DNA of 64,000 nt from Abditibacterium sp. (GCA_965246885.1 OZ251992.1:2720001-2784000), one strand, 5' to 3'. Positions 36,988 to 47,252 are shown, numbered from the stretch's first letter. Numbers and translations: made by a program. The notes: a model not told the origin generated them from the sequence alone.

Positions 36988-39232
36988 TTTGGCGCTCGCG
37001 GGCGCGTTGGCAACCTTGGCACCGGCGCACGCTCAAGCCCAAGGGCCGACGCCGCAACTCGTCGTTCAAACGGGGCACAAACCCGACAGTTACGGCTCCG
37101 TCGAGGGCTTGGCGTTTTCGCCCGACGGCCAGTGGCTCGCGTCGGGCGCGGGCGGCGAAGGCACCGGCGTCGGCCAACTCTTTATCTGGAACCGCGCAGG
37201 GCAGTTATGGGCGCGCGAGGATGGCGTCGCCGCCGTTCAAGACTTGGCGTGGTCGCACAACAGCCGCTTTGTCGCCCTCGCCGACACAAGCGGCGCGACG
37301 GTCTTCGAGCGCGCAAGTGCCCGCGTCGTCGGACACGTCGCATTTGGGAACGGCAACCCCCAAACCACCAACGGCGCATCGCGGATTCAGTGCTTGGACG
37401 ATGGCCGCGTCGCCGTGCTCATTGACGGCTACGGTGGCACTCAACAGGCCCGCGTGTTCCTGTGCGATTGGCGAACTGGCGCCAAAACCGAACTCTGGCG
37501 CGGCGTTAACGTGCCGTACGGCCCCATTTTGCGCCTCTCGCCCGACGGCAGCTTGCTCGCTTTGGCCACGCGCGAGGCGCTGTTGGTCTTCGACCTCCAC
37601 AAAGGCGGCGCGGCGCGCGTGTTGAAGCACCCGTTCAGCCTCCACACTGGAATGGACACGTTCTTCGCCCCCTTCCCCAACTGGTCGCCGGATGGCCGCT
37701 TCGTCGGCGGAGTGAGCGAAGATCACATCGGCGTGTGGGACTTGACGAGCGGGGAACTGCGCTTAGAGCCGACTCCCTCCGACTATCGGTTGCCTTCCGG
37801 TCTGGCGCTCGACAACGAGGGCCGCGTCGTGTGGGAATGGAAGGCCGACCGGGACAAAGACGCCGACCGGCTCGAACGCTTCGGCGCGGACGGCAAAAAG
37901 TCCGTCGTGCTGCGCGCGCCCTCGCCGTTTGAAGGTCAAAGCGAAATGGCGACGGCCTTTGACGAGGGCGCACGGCGCTGGGCCGTTGCTGGCATCGAAG
38001 GCGACATTTCCCTTTACGACGGGAACACCGGGCAACTCACCAAAATCCTACCGAACGGAAAGCAGTGGGCCAACGCCGTCTCCTTTTCATCCGATAGCGC
38101 GCACCTGTGCGTCGGTTACGGGCGCCGCACTTATGGCGGCTCCTTCGGCGAACTGGCTGTTTACGACCTACACACCGGCGATTTAGTAACCGGTCTTGCG
38201 GTGGACGCCGATGAGTCGGGCGAAACAATGGGCGTCACCGACGCGAAGTTTTCGCCCGATGGTCGCTTCTTGGTTTGCACCGGCCAAACGCGCGACGACT
38301 ACGCTGCGCTGTCCATCTTCGACGGGGATGATTTGCGCCGCCTCACCAACGCGGCGTTGCTGTCCGGGCGAGGCTGCAAAATCGCGTGGTCGGGTGACGG
38401 GCGCTCCTTTGCAGTGGGTTCGTATGGCGGCGAGGTTTCGTTTTACCACGATTTCGGGCGCGTGACGGAGGGCAAGATCAACCCCGATTGGACGACCGCG
38501 CTCATCCCACGCGGTTCCGACGTGACTGACTTAGTGATGGGGCTGGCCGTCTCTCCTCGCAATCACCTCGTCGTCGCCGGACTCGACACGCGCGGCACGC
38601 GCCGCTTGATGGCGTTAAACGACACCACTGGCAAGGTCATCAAGACCCTGCCCGCCCAAGCGGATGTGTTCGACGTGGTGTTCTCTCTTGATGAAACCCG
38701 CTTCTGGACGGGCGAAACGAGCGGCGAGGTGAGCGAGTGGGACGCGCGCACGCTCCAGAAGACGCGCACGCTGCAAAAGGCGGGCGACTTCTGCCCGTCT
38801 CTCGCGCTGGCGGCGGATGGGCGCTCGCTGTTCGTGGCCCGCAATGCGGGCGTCGCGCAAATCGCGCTCGATTCGGGGCGCGTGCTGCGTTTGTTCCCGC
38901 CCGCTTCGCGCGAACTGAACCAAATCGCCGCGTCCAAGGATGGGCGTTGGCTGGCGGGCGCGGACGAGATGGGAACGGCGACGCTGTGGAACGCCCGAAC
39001 CGGCGCGCGCGTCCTCGCTTTCGAGCGAGTGCGGGTGGCCCGCACTCCCAAGGGCGACGTCCAAACGCAAGCCCTCACGCGCACCCCGGCAGGCGCCGTA
39101 TTGACTTCGGGAGTCAAGGAGCCGTTGGCGCTGTGGCGGCTGGGCGAGGAGCTACTGACGCAGGACGAACTGGCAAAGCGGGGCTTTCACGGCTTTGCGG
39201 GGGCGGACGTGGTGGGAGCGCTAAACCCGTAG
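36974..39232 (+). CDS. secreted WD40-repeat protein
   Basis: Signal peptide (AHA-Q), QLVVQTGH and many FSPDG...W repeats. Confidence 0.88.
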   Translation: MKPLLLALAGALATLAPAHAQAQGPTPQLVVQTGHKPDSYGSVEGLAFSPDGQWLASGAGGEGTGVGQLFIWNRAGQLWAREDGVAAVQDLAWSHNSRFVALADTSGATVFERASARVVGHVAFGNGNPQTTNGASRIQCLDDGRVAVLIDGYGGTQQARVFLCDWRTGAKTELWRGVNVPYGPILRLSPDGSLLALATREALLVFDLHKGGAARVLKHPFSLHTGMDTFFAPFPNWSPDGRFVGGVSEDHIGVWDLTSGELRLEPTPSDYRLPSGLALDNEGRVVWEWKADRDKDADRLERFGADGKKSVVLRAPSPFEGQSEMATAFDEGARRWAVAGIEGDISLYDGNTGQLTKILPNGKQWANAVSFSSDSAHLCVGYGRRTYGGSFGELAVYDLHTGDLVTGLAVDADESGETMGVTDAKFSPDGRFLVCTGQTRDDYAALSIFDGDDLRRLTNAALLSGRGCKIAWSGDGRSFAVGSYGGEVSFYHDFGRVTEGKINPDWTTALIPRGSDVTDLVMGLAVSPRNHLVVAGLDTRGTRRLMALNDTTGKVIKTLPAQADVFDVVFSLDETRFWTGETSGEVSEWDARTLQKTRTLQKAGDFCPSLALAADGRSLFVARNAGVAQIALDSGRVLRLFPPASRELNQIAASKDGRWLAGADEMGTATLWNARTGARVLAFERVRVARTPKGDVQTQALTRTPAGAVLTSGVKEPLALWRLGEELLTQDELAKRGFHGFAGADVVGALNP

Positions 39233-39270
39233 CCCGTCCGTCGGGCTTGATTTTGCACTACAAAGCCGCG

Positions 39271-39726
39271 ATGCAAAGAACTCAATGGAACGACAAAATC
39301 AGTATCGGCGCCGCTTTGGAAGCGGGCGACGCGCAAGGCTTGCACGACGCGGGCGTGCGCACGGTCATTGACCTGCGAACCGAGGACGAAAAGAGTGCGC
39401 CCGAAAAGGAGTGGGTCGAGAGCGTCGGCATGGACTATGAACCCCTGCCCACCGCGCCTGACCTGCTCGACGACGTGGCTGTCGCGCGCTTCGTGCAAGA
39501 AGTGGACTCCAGCGTTGGCCCTGTTTATGTCCATTGCAAATCGGGTGGGCGCGCGGGCATTATGACGCTGCTCCACGACGCCATTACGCACGGCTGGACG
39601 GTTGAGCACACGATGCAAGTCGCCGGAGAGAAGGGCGTCAAATTGAGCGGCGACTCGCCCTACACCGCTATTGTCGAGGATTACCTGCGTCGCCACAGCG
39701 CGGGCGAGCGGCTCAAGCAGGGGTAG
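39271..39726 (+). CDS. DUF442/TIGR01244-like sulfur transferase or phosphatase
   Basis: VRTVIDLR and the CX5R motif VYVHCKSGGRA. Confidence 0.82.
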   Translation: MQRTQWNDKISIGAALEAGDAQGLHDAGVRTVIDLRTEDEKSAPEKEWVESVGMDYEPLPTAPDLLDDVAVARFVQEVDSSVGPVYVHCKSGGRAGIMTLLHDAITHGWTVEHTMQVAGEKGVKLSGDSPYTAIVEDYLRRHSAGERLKQG

Positions 39727-39880
39727 GTCGGCGAACGAATTCGGGATGGCGGTGACACGCTCACCGACCCTCCCAGAACCGTCAGAGACGTCTGTCGGCG
39801 ATTCCCGCATGTCTGTCGGCGATTCCCACGTGTCTGTCGCCGAGTCGCCGACGTCGGTGGACGACTGACGGACGTTCGTT
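39725..39880. repeat. degenerate 21-bp-period tandem array 4
   Basis: gtctgtcg at 39790, 39811 and 39832, and gtcggtgg at 39853. Confidence 0.85.
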
Positions 39881-40006
39881 TCCCCGTCGCGTGCGTCTCT
39901 CCTGTGCGCGTGCCGTAAATTTGAAAGTTGAACTCATCAAAAAATCCCCCTTTATCTTTCTCTGGGGCGCGGTAAGATGAAGAGAAAGCGCGTCGAGGCG
40001 CGCGAC

Positions 40007-40642
40007 ATGGACATTTATCTTTCTCTTTTCGTGGTCGGCGCGGCGGGCTTGACACTGATGGCCGCGCTGGGGGCGGTTGGTGGGCATGGCTCGCACGGGC
40101 ACGCGCACGGTAGCCCTGCGCTTCGTCACTCGCCCGCTTCGCACGCGGCACCGACGCACGGACACACGCACCACGCGCTCCCCGCTCCGGGCCGCGTCAA
40201 CCTGCGCGCCGCGCTTCTGGGCTGGCTGTCGCCGCGCGTTTTGCTCACGCTTTCGATGGGCGCGGGCGCGACGGGCGTGCTTTTGGCCAACGTCCTTCCG
40301 ACTGAGCCACTGCGGGCTTTCGCTTCGCTGGGCGGCGCGATTGCCCTCGAAAAACTCGTCGTCGCCCCGCTCTGGAAAGTGTTGACCGGCTTCGCTTCCA
40401 AACCGGCACGCACGCTCGATTCCGCCGTCTTGGAAGAAGCGACTGCCCTCGCCCATTTTGATGCGCAGGGCTATGGACTGGTGGCCATAAACCTCGACGG
40501 CCACGAAATGCGCTTGCTCGCGCGGCTGTCTCCCGAACACGCCGGAGAAGCGGTGCGAACCGGCGACAAACTGCTCGTCGAAAGCGTGGACGGCGCGCGC
40601 GGACGGTGCGTCGTGTCGCCCGTTCGCTCTCCAATTTCCTAA
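40007..40642 (+). CDS. NfeD-like membrane partner of flotillin with His-rich loop
   Basis: TM, His/Gly-rich loop, TMs and a C-terminal OB-like segment. Lies directly upstream of the SPFH gene. Confidence 0.75.
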   Translation: MDIYLSLFVVGAAGLTLMAALGAVGGHGSHGHAHGSPALRHSPASHAAPTHGHTHHALPAPGRVNLRAALLGWLSPRVLLTLSMGAGATGVLLANVLPTEPLRAFASLGGAIALEKLVVAPLWKVLTGFASKPARTLDSAVLEEATALAHFDAQGYGLVAINLDGHEMRLLARLSPEHAGEAVRTGDKLLVESVDGARGRCVVSPVRSPIS

Positions 40643-40672
40643 CAACCCGCCCCACCGGGCACCCATAAACCC

Positions 40673-42166
40673 ATGATCCCTTACGTCTTAGCCGCGCTCG
40701 CCCTCGTGATTTGCGTCGTCATCCCAGTGATGATCACCTCCTTTCTTCGCAACGTCGAAGCGGGCACCATCCGCCTCGTCACCCGCTTGGGCGGCACGTC
40801 GTCCATTTATCGCGGGCCGGGCAAGTCGCTCGAAGTTCCGCTCTTTACAACCGGCACCACCATCTCTTCCAAGGCCATCAACCTCGATTTGGACATCGCC
40901 GACCAAACCGCCGACGTGGACGCGCGCGGCGTTCCGGCGCCCATTAAAGTCCGCGTCCTCGCGTCGGCCATCGTGTCGGTTGGCGAATCGGACGCCATGA
41001 TTCAGACCGCCGCCAACCGCTTTTTCGCCAAGCCCGCCGCAGAGCAACTCAACATCCTCGTGGACTTGCTGTCCTCGTCGGGGCGCCGCGCGGTCAACTT
41101 GCTCACGCACGACCAACTCTTCTCGGCCAAAACGCAAACCCCGCAAGGCCGCGCCATAGAACAGGCCGCGCCCGCCTCGACCGCCATCCAAGCGCGCGCC
41201 GCCGAGGATGACGACGACCCGCTCGCCATCATCATCCGCAAAGCCTGCTCGCGCGAGCTTACCGACCTCGGCCTGTCGTTCAATTCCTTGAACATTAAGG
41301 TGGTTATGTCGGATGTCGCCGAGGCGCGCCGCCGTCAAAGCGCCGCCGAAGCACAGGCCAACGCCGACATCGTCGCCGCCCAACAAGCGCGCCGCACGCA
41401 GGAAGCGCAAATCGAAGCGCAGCGCGCCATCAACGATTCGCAGCGCGCCTTCGAGGAAACCAAAGCGCAAAACGCGGGCTTAATCGCGGCGGCGGACATC
41501 CTCCGGCAGCAGTCGCTCGAAGTCGCCGAAGCGGGGCGCCGCCAAGTCGCAACCGAAGCCCAAGCGGGCGCCGACATCGTCGCGGCTCAGCAAAACTTGC
41601 GCGCCCAACAAGCGCAACTCGAAGCGCAAAGGAGCATCTCGAACGCCCAGCGCGAATTAGAACAAACCCGCGCCCAGAACGCCGCTTTAGTGGCGCAAGC
41701 CGAAGCCCTGCGCCAAGACGCCCTCGCCGTCCAACGCGGCGCCGAACTGCGCGCGACCGAAATCGCCCAAGCCAGCGCCGACGCCGAGCGCGTCAAAATC
41801 GAAGCCATCGCCCAAGCCGAAGCGCACGCCGTCAACATCGAGCGCGTCGCCCACGCCCAAGCCACCAGCATCCGCCAAGTCAACGCCGCCATCGCCGAAG
41901 GAGGCGAAGCGTATCTACGGTTGCGCCAATTAGAACTCGTGCCGCAAATCGCCCCGCAAATCGCCGCCGCCCTCGCCCAAGCGAAGATGGTCACCATCTC
42001 CGGCGGCGACCATGCCGACGCCGCCGGTGGCACCACCAACCAAATCTCCGGCGTCATCCAAACCGTTTTAGCCGCCCAAATGGTGGCCAAAGGCGACTTC
42101 CTCGGCGGGTCGAACGGCGTCCCCGTCGTGCAATCGAACGGCAACGGCGCGGCGAAAGCGGGCTAA
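40673..42166 (+). CDS. SPFH/flotillin family protein
   Basis: N-terminal TM, SPFH-like domain (ELTDLGLSFNSLNIK), AEA-rich coiled coil and flotillin-like C-terminus. Confidence 0.8.
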   Translation: MIPYVLAALALVICVVIPVMITSFLRNVEAGTIRLVTRLGGTSSIYRGPGKSLEVPLFTTGTTISSKAINLDLDIADQTADVDARGVPAPIKVRVLASAIVSVGESDAMIQTAANRFFAKPAAEQLNILVDLLSSSGRRAVNLLTHDQLFSAKTQTPQGRAIEQAAPASTAIQARAAEDDDDPLAIIIRKACSRELTDLGLSFNSLNIKVVMSDVAEARRRQSAAEAQANADIVAAQQARRTQEAQIEAQRAINDSQRAFEETKAQNAGLIAAADILRQQSLEVAEAGRRQVATEAQAGADIVAAQQNLRAQQAQLEAQRSISNAQRELEQTRAQNAALVAQAEALRQDALAVQRGAELRATEIAQASADAERVKIEAIAQAEAHAVNIERVAHAQATSIRQVNAAIAEGGEAYLRLRQLELVPQIAPQIAAALAQAKMVTISGGDHADAAGGTTNQISGVIQTVLAAQMVAKGDFLGGSNGVPVVQSNGNGAAKAG

Positions 42167-42173
42167 ACCCGAA

Positions 42174-42237
42174 GATTGGAAGAGGGCGGTAGCCCCGCCT
42201 CACTTTCTAGGAGCGGGGCTACCGCCCTCTTCCAATC
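42174..42237. repeat. 25-bp perfect inverted repeat
   Basis: gattggaagagggcggtagccccgc ... gcggggctaccgccctcttccaatc. Confidence 0.85.
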
Positions 42238-42263
42238 AACCCCTCGTCTGCCAAACTGGGCGT

Positions 42264-43208
42264 ATGTTTTCCGTTGCGCCTTGGGAAGTGGAATCGGATG
42301 CTTGCGAGGTAGTGGGGTTTGACTCGCCTGAGTGGAACGGCGAGGAGTGGGAATTGGCTCTTGTGGACTGCGGGGATCGGTTTAATCATACCGTTTTGTT
42401 CCGACGTTCAGGCGGGCCATTTCTTCGGCTGACATGGACAATACCATTCCAAAAAGAGAGTCGCGCTGTTGAGCCGGATGCTATGCGCCGAACCTTTATT
42501 GAGTGCCAAAACAAAGGGCGTTCCGAAAGAGATTTGTTTCTCGATGGGGCGTTTAGTCTGCGCGGCGAAGGAGAAAAGGCGGCGCACCGAATCATTTTGC
42601 ATCCCGAAGGTGAAGGCTACTTGCTCACCTTAGATGATCGCCGTTCCTATCCGGGGATATTTAAGTGGGAACCACCGACGGGAGCGTGGTTGACGGAAGC
42701 CACAGCCAATGAAGTGATGAGCAGCCTTGAGGAAAACGCTGACTTCCAATATGCTCGCCGCTTTCTCTCGATGTCATACAAGGAACGGTGGCGTGAAGTC
42801 TGGACGTGGAAGCGCGGCAATCAGAGAGAGTTGAAGCAAGTTCTTACATGGGCGCTTCTGGCGCAAGAGGACTTGTGGCAACAGGAAACCAACATCAGAT
42901 TGGATGTGGACTTGTTCCATCTGGACAGGAACTCTGGGGTGATGCTCTACTCCGACCAATTCGCCGTTCAAAGCGCGGAGAATCCGCGCCCTTTACCCAC
43001 TGCGCTCGCACAGGGCATAAACAAGGCGCTTGAGTGGTTCGGGCCTACGATGAACACGCCCCACATTGAGGCGCACCTTTCTTTGGGTCAGCTTCTCGAT
43101 GAAGGCCCTTGGGTTCTCTTCATGGAGCCAAAAGACCCAACCGCCCACGAGCGTCTCGAAGCCGCGCTCTCTTGGCGGGAGTGGTTGGCGCAAACTGGGA
43201 AGCCATGA
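42264..43208 (+). CDS. hypothetical protein
   Basis: 314-aa ORF, AT-richer than the flanks. Stop overlaps the purE ATG. Confidence 0.7.
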   Translation: MFSVAPWEVESDACEVVGFDSPEWNGEEWELALVDCGDRFNHTVLFRRSGGPFLRLTWTIPFQKESRAVEPDAMRRTFIECQNKGRSERDLFLDGAFSLRGEGEKAAHRIILHPEGEGYLLTLDDRRSYPGIFKWEPPTGAWLTEATANEVMSSLEENADFQYARRFLSMSYKERWREVWTWKRGNQRELKQVLTWALLAQEDLWQQETNIRLDVDLFHLDRNSGVMLYSDQFAVQSAENPRPLPTALAQGINKALEWFGPTMNTPHIEAHLSLGQLLDEGPWVLFMEPKDPTAHERLEAALSWREWLAQTGKP

Positions 43209-43696
43209 ACGAACCACTCGTTGGCGTCATTATGGGGAGCCGGAGCGACTGGGAGACGATGCGGCATTGCTGCGAGACGCTCGAATCGCTTGGCATCGCG
43301 TTCGAGACGCGGGTCGTATCGGCGCACCGCACGCCCGATTTGCTCTTCGATTACGCGAAGTCGGCGCAAGGGCGCGGCTTGCAAGTCATCATAGCGGGCG
43401 CGGGCGGCGCGGCGCACTTGCCGGGGATGTGCGCGGCCCGAACCCCGCTCCCCGTATTGGGCGTGCCCGTCCAATCCAAAGCGTTGAACGGCCTCGATTC
43501 GCTGCTCTCCATCGCGCAAATGCCCGCCGGAGTGCCGGTCGGCACGCTGGCGATTGGTCGCGCGGGCGCCGTTAACGCCGCGCTCCTTGCCGCTTCGATT
43601 TTGGCGTTGCACGACGTGGACATTGCCGCGAAGTGGGAGGAGTTCCGGGCGAAGCAAACACAGGACGTGCTGGATAACCCCGACCCGCGCCCCTGA
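43205..43696 (+). CDS. purE: N5-CAIR mutase
   Basis: [22 protein letters not shown] and QMPAGVPV motifs. Confidence 0.98.
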   Translation: MNEPLVGVIMGSRSDWETMRHCCETLESLGIAFETRVVSAHRTPDLLFDYAKSAQGRGLQVIIAGAGGAAHLPGMCAARTPLPVLGVPVQSKALNGLDSLLSIAQMPAGVPVGTLAIGRAGAVNAALLAASILALHDVDIAAKWEEFRAKQTQDVLDNPDPRP

Positions 43697-43697
43697 G

Positions 43698-43726
43698 TTG
43701 CGCGTGCGCCGGAGATTCCGTATAAT
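43698..43726 (+). promoter_or_regulatory. sigma70-type promoter of tRNA-Ala
   Basis: TTGCGC-17 nt-TATAAT. Confidence 0.8.
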
Positions 43727-43739
43727 CTCTTGCGCGCAG

Positions 43740-43812
<73 letters not shown>

Positions 43813-43817
43813 TATCG

Positions 43818-43849
43818 AACCGCCCGCTTCGGAAGAAGCGGGCTGTTTT
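43818..43849 (+). terminator. intrinsic terminator
   Basis: gcccgcttc-ggaa-gaagcgggc followed by tgtttt. Confidence 0.8.
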
Positions 43850-43860
43850 CGTTTGTCTCC

Positions 43861-43934
43861 CCGTAGGGACGCTGCTGGCCGCGTCCGCCGTGCGGAATAA
43901 TCTGGCGCGGACGCGGCCAGCAGCGTCCCTACGG
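43861..43934. repeat. GTAG-type REP doublet (REPIN-like)
   Basis: 28-bp perfect inverted arms ccGTAGggacgctgctggccgcgtccgc, each with an internal ggacgc..gcgtcc palindrome. Confidence 0.8.
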
Positions 43935-43943
43935 AGGGCGAGA

Positions 43944-44252
43944 TTAGACCAGCACGGAGGAGTCGGTGTCGCCGGTGTTGTCGCCGCGCTCGGCTATTTC
44001 GCCGGGGAGGTCGCGGGGGTTGAGTGGGACGCCCCGTTCCACGTCGCGCGGGGTTTGGTCGGCGTTTTCGACGCCCTGCCAAAACTCGTCTTGCGGGACG
44101 ACGTGCGGCGAGTGGGGGCCGTTGGGGGTGAGGACTTGCGCGCCGTCCGAAGCGAAGGAGGTGGTGTCGCCGCGCTCGTCGGCGGGAAAGGTGTGGGCAC
44201 GCAGTTCGGCGTTTTCGCCGGGGTTCGATTGTTCGGGTTTGATGTCAGCCAT
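43944..44252 (-). CDS. small acidic hypothetical protein
   Basis: 102-aa D/E/P-rich ORF with GC3-rich codons. Confidence 0.6.
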   Translation of the reverse strand: MADIKPEQSNPGENAELRAHTFPADERGDTTSFASDGAQVLTPNGPHSPHVVPQDEFWQGVENADQTPRDVERGVPLNPRDLPGEIAERGDNTGDTDSSVLV

Positions 44253-44298
44253 TGGGTTTCTGGCGGCTTGCGGTTGCACGTTTCGGGCCTTGAATCCA

Positions 44299-44333
44299 AA
44301 AACGCCCCGCAACGGGAAGTTGCGGGGCGTTTT
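44299..44333 (-). terminator. terminator after atpG
   Basis: aaaacgccccgcaac/gttgcggggcgtttt inverted repeat. Confidence 0.85.
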
Positions 44334-44345
44334 GGAAGGGGCGGC

Positions 44346-45236
44346 TTAGCCGTTGAGAGCTTCGGCGCCGCCGATGATGTCGAGCAGTTCCTTGGTGATG
44401 CCCGCCTGACGGGTGCGGTTCGCCAAAAGCGTCAGGGCGTCTATCTGCTCGCCCGCGTTTTTGGTGGCGTTGCTCATCGCCGTCATACGCGCGCCGAACT
44501 CCGAAGCGGTCGCTTCGAGCAGCAATTGATAGACGCGCGTTTCAACGTAGCGCGGAAGAAGGACGCCCAGTAGCTCCTCGACCTTCGGCTCGAAGATGAA
44601 CTGCGAAGAGGCGCCGCTCGCGTTTTGCGCGGCTGAGGCGTCGGCGGCGGGCGGCTCGATGGGCAGAAACTTCACGTTCTGCGGGCGCTGCACCAGAGGC
44701 GACACGAACTCGGAATAGCAGATATGCACTTCGTCCACTTGGCCCGACGCGAACAGGCCGGTGAGGGTGTTCGAGATGGCGCGGATTTGCTCGTAGGGCG
44801 TTTCCGGCCCGATGCCGCCGAAGTGTTCGACGGGCTTGTAGCCGCGCTTGTTGAAATACTCGCCCGCCTTCTTGCCAACAGTGACGAGGGACACGTTGCC
44901 CGCGCCGTAGCGCGCCAGTTCCGCGTCCACAAAACGGTGCCCCAAGCGCAGGATGTTGGAGTTGTAAGCCCCACATAAGCCCTTGTCGCCCGCGATCACC
45001 ACAACCAGAACGCGGCTGACGTCGCGCGTCGTCAGAAGCGGGTGCGAGAAATCCTTGACGTTAGGCGCGAGCGCCCCGACCAGTTCCGCCATCGTGTTGG
45101 CGTAGGGCTTGCCGCGCTGCACGCGCTCTTGCACGCGCCGCAACTTGGCGGCAGCGACCATTTTCATGGCCTGCGTAATCTGCGCGATGTTTTTCACTAC
45201 GCGGATTTTGCGTTTGATGTCTCGAAGTGATGCCAT
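44346..45236 (-). CDS. atpG: ATP synthase F1 gamma
   Basis: ITQAMKMVAAAK, DKGLCGAYN, ARMTAM and RQAGITKEL motifs. Confidence 0.98.
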   Translation of the reverse strand: MASLRDIKRKIRVVKNIAQITQAMKMVAAAKLRRVQERVQRGKPYANTMAELVGALAPNVKDFSHPLLTTRDVSRVLVVVIAGDKGLCGAYNSNILRLGHRFVDAELARYGAGNVSLVTVGKKAGEYFNKRGYKPVEHFGGIGPETPYEQIRAISNTLTGLFASGQVDEVHICYSEFVSPLVQRPQNVKFLPIEPPAADASAAQNASGASSQFIFEPKVEELLGVLLPRYVETRVYQLLLEATASEFGARMTAMSNATKNAGEQIDALTLLANRTRQAGITKELLDIIGGAEALNG

Positions 45237-45247
45237 TGAAAATCAGT

Positions 45248-45463
45248 TTAAGCGAATGCCAAGCGCCGCCCTTTTGGTTCAGGGATGGGGACGCCCATTT
45301 CGCGCGCCGTATCTAACCACAACTCCAGCGCGTCTTGCACGTGCTTGAGCGCCTCTTCCCGCGTTGGCCCGTGCGCTGCGCATCCCGGAAGTTCGGGGAC
45401 TTCGGCGACGACGACGCCGTCTTCTGCGCTCCAGTAGAGAATGATTTCGTAGTGCTGGTTCAT
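45248..45463 (-). CDS. hicB: HicB family antitoxin (short, no DNA-binding domain)
   Basis: EVPELPGCAAHGPTREEAL...ALELWL...IPEP. Confidence 0.93.
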   Translation of the reverse strand: MNQHYEIILYWSAEDGVVVAEVPELPGCAAHGPTREEALKHVQDALELWLDTAREMGVPIPEPKGRRLAFA

Positions 45464-45717
45464 TCTTCGTCCTCCTGAGGAACAAGGTTATTATTCACTA
45501 ATGCGGCTCTCACTTGGCGAACCTGATAGGACTTCGCGTGTTGCCCATCCCGTTGCAAGTTAACTAAAACCGCCCTTGATACAAAGATGTGGTGGCTACC
45601 GCGCGAACGTTCCGCAGAGCCGAGTCGCAAGAGCAGGTTTCGCAACTCGTTGAAGGGAATGTTCGCGTCGGCGTTACCCGCCAGAATGCGACTGAGAAGG
45701 GCATCGCGTTTACTCAT
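45460..45717 (-). CDS. hicA: HicA family toxin
   Basis: F.ELRNLL..LG...RGSHHIF...NLQ..AKSYQVRQV. Start overlaps the atpA stop. Confidence 0.9.
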   Translation of the reverse strand: MSKRDALLSRILAGNADANIPFNELRNLLLRLGSAERSRGSHHIFVSRAVLVNLQRDGQHAKSYQVRQVRAALVNNNLVPQEDEE

Positions 45718-47252
45718 CACACACTCGGTTTGAACTGCCCCAAGAACTCGCCCGCCGCGCTTTTGAGGGCGGCTTCCGAGTCTTTGGAGATGGCTTTCTC
45801 CGACGCGATGGCGGCGACGAGTTCGGGGTAACGCTCGTGGACGTAGGACAGGTATTCCTTTTCAAAGCGGCGCACGTCCTCGACGGGGACGGTATCCATG
45901 AAGCCGTTGGTGGCGGCGAAGATGGACAACACTTGGTCGTTGACGGTATAAGGCGCGTAGTTGGTTTGCTTCATCAGTTCAGTCAAACGTTGGCCGCGCG
46001 CGAGTTGCGCTTGGGTGGATTTGTCCAAGTCCGAGGCGAACTGCGCGAACGCCGCGAGGGAGCGGTACTGCGCCAGTTCCAGTTTCAGCTTGCCCGCGAC
46101 CTGCTTCATCGCTTTGATTTGCGCTGCTGAACCCACGCGCGACACGCTCAGCCCCGCGTTGATGGCGGGACGGACGCCCGCGTTGAAAAGGTCGGTCTCC
46201 AAGAAGATTTGGCCGTCGGTGATGGAGATGACGTTAGTCGGGATGTAGGCCGAAATGTCGTTGGCCTGCGTTTCGATGATCGGGAGCGCGGTTAAGCTGC
46301 CGCCGCCGAGCGACTTGTGCAGCTTCGCGCTGCGCTCCAACAAGCGTGAGTGCAAGTTGAACACGTCTCCCGGATACGCTTCGCGGCCCGGAGGACGGCG
46401 CAAAAGCAGCGACATGGCGCGGTAAGCGACGGCGTGCTTCGAGAGGTCATCATATACGATGAGCGAGTGCATCGAGTTGTCGCGGAAGTATTCGCCCATT
46501 GCGGTTCCGGCGAAGGGCGCGATGTATTGAAGCGGGGCGGAATCGTTGGCCGAGGCGACGACGATGATGGTGTATTCGAGCGCGCCCGCCGCTTCCAACT
46601 GCGAAACGAGCGCGGCGATGGTGGACTGCTTTTGGCCGATAGCGACGTAGATGCAATACACGTCCTGCCCTTTCTGGTTGATGATGGCGTCAATGGCGAC
46701 GGCGGTTTTTCCGGTTTGGCGGTCGCCGATAATCAGTTCGCGCTGGCCGCGCCCAACGGGAATCATGGCGTCAATGGCCTTAATTCCGGTTTGCATCGGC
46801 TCTTTGACGCCCTCGCGCTCCATCACGCCGGGAGCGCGCACTTCAATCAAGGCGCGTTGGTCGGTGACGACCGGGCCTTTGCCGTCAATTGGTTCGCCGA
46901 GGGCGTTCACGACGCGGCCAAGCAACGCTTTGCCAACGGGAACATCAGCGATGCGGCCCGTCGTTTTGACGACGGTGCCTTCCTCAATGTGGTTGTAATC
47001 GCCCGCGATAACCACGCCGACGTTGTCTTCTTCGAGGTTGAGGGCGATGCCCATCGTGGGCAAACCCGTCGCGGGCGAGGGCGGAAATTCGAGCAATTCG
47101 CCCGATTTGGCGCCCTGCAAGCCGTAGACGCGCGCGATGCCGTCGCCCACTTCGAGGACGGTGCCGACATCCACCATTTGCAGGTCGGTGTCCAGTCCGC
47201 CTTCCAACTCGCGTTGGAGGATAGAGGTAATTTCTTCAGGTCGAATTGCCAT
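45717..47252 (-). CDS. atpA: ATP synthase F1 alpha
   Basis: [26 protein letters not shown] and [11 protein letters not shown] motifs. Confidence 0.99.
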   Translation of the reverse strand: MAIRPEEITSILQRELEGGLDTDLQMVDVGTVLEVGDGIARVYGLQGAKSGELLEFPPSPATGLPTMGIALNLEEDNVGVVIAGDYNHIEEGTVVKTTGRIADVPVGKALLGRVVNALGEPIDGKGPVVTDQRALIEVRAPGVMEREGVKEPMQTGIKAIDAMIPVGRGQRELIIGDRQTGKTAVAIDAIINQKGQDVYCIYVAIGQKQSTIAALVSQLEAAGALEYTIIVVASANDSAPLQYIAPFAGTAMGEYFRDNSMHSLIVYDDLSKHAVAYRAMSLLLRRPPGREAYPGDVFNLHSRLLERSAKLHKSLGGGSLTALPIIETQANDISAYIPTNVISITDGQIFLETDLFNAGVRPAINAGLSVSRVGSAAQIKAMKQVAGKLKLELAQYRSLAAFAQFASDLDKSTQAQLARGQRLTELMKQTNYAPYTVNDQVLSIFAATNGFMDTVPVEDVRRFEKEYLSYVHERYPELVAAIASEKAISKDSEAALKSAAGEFLGQFKPSV

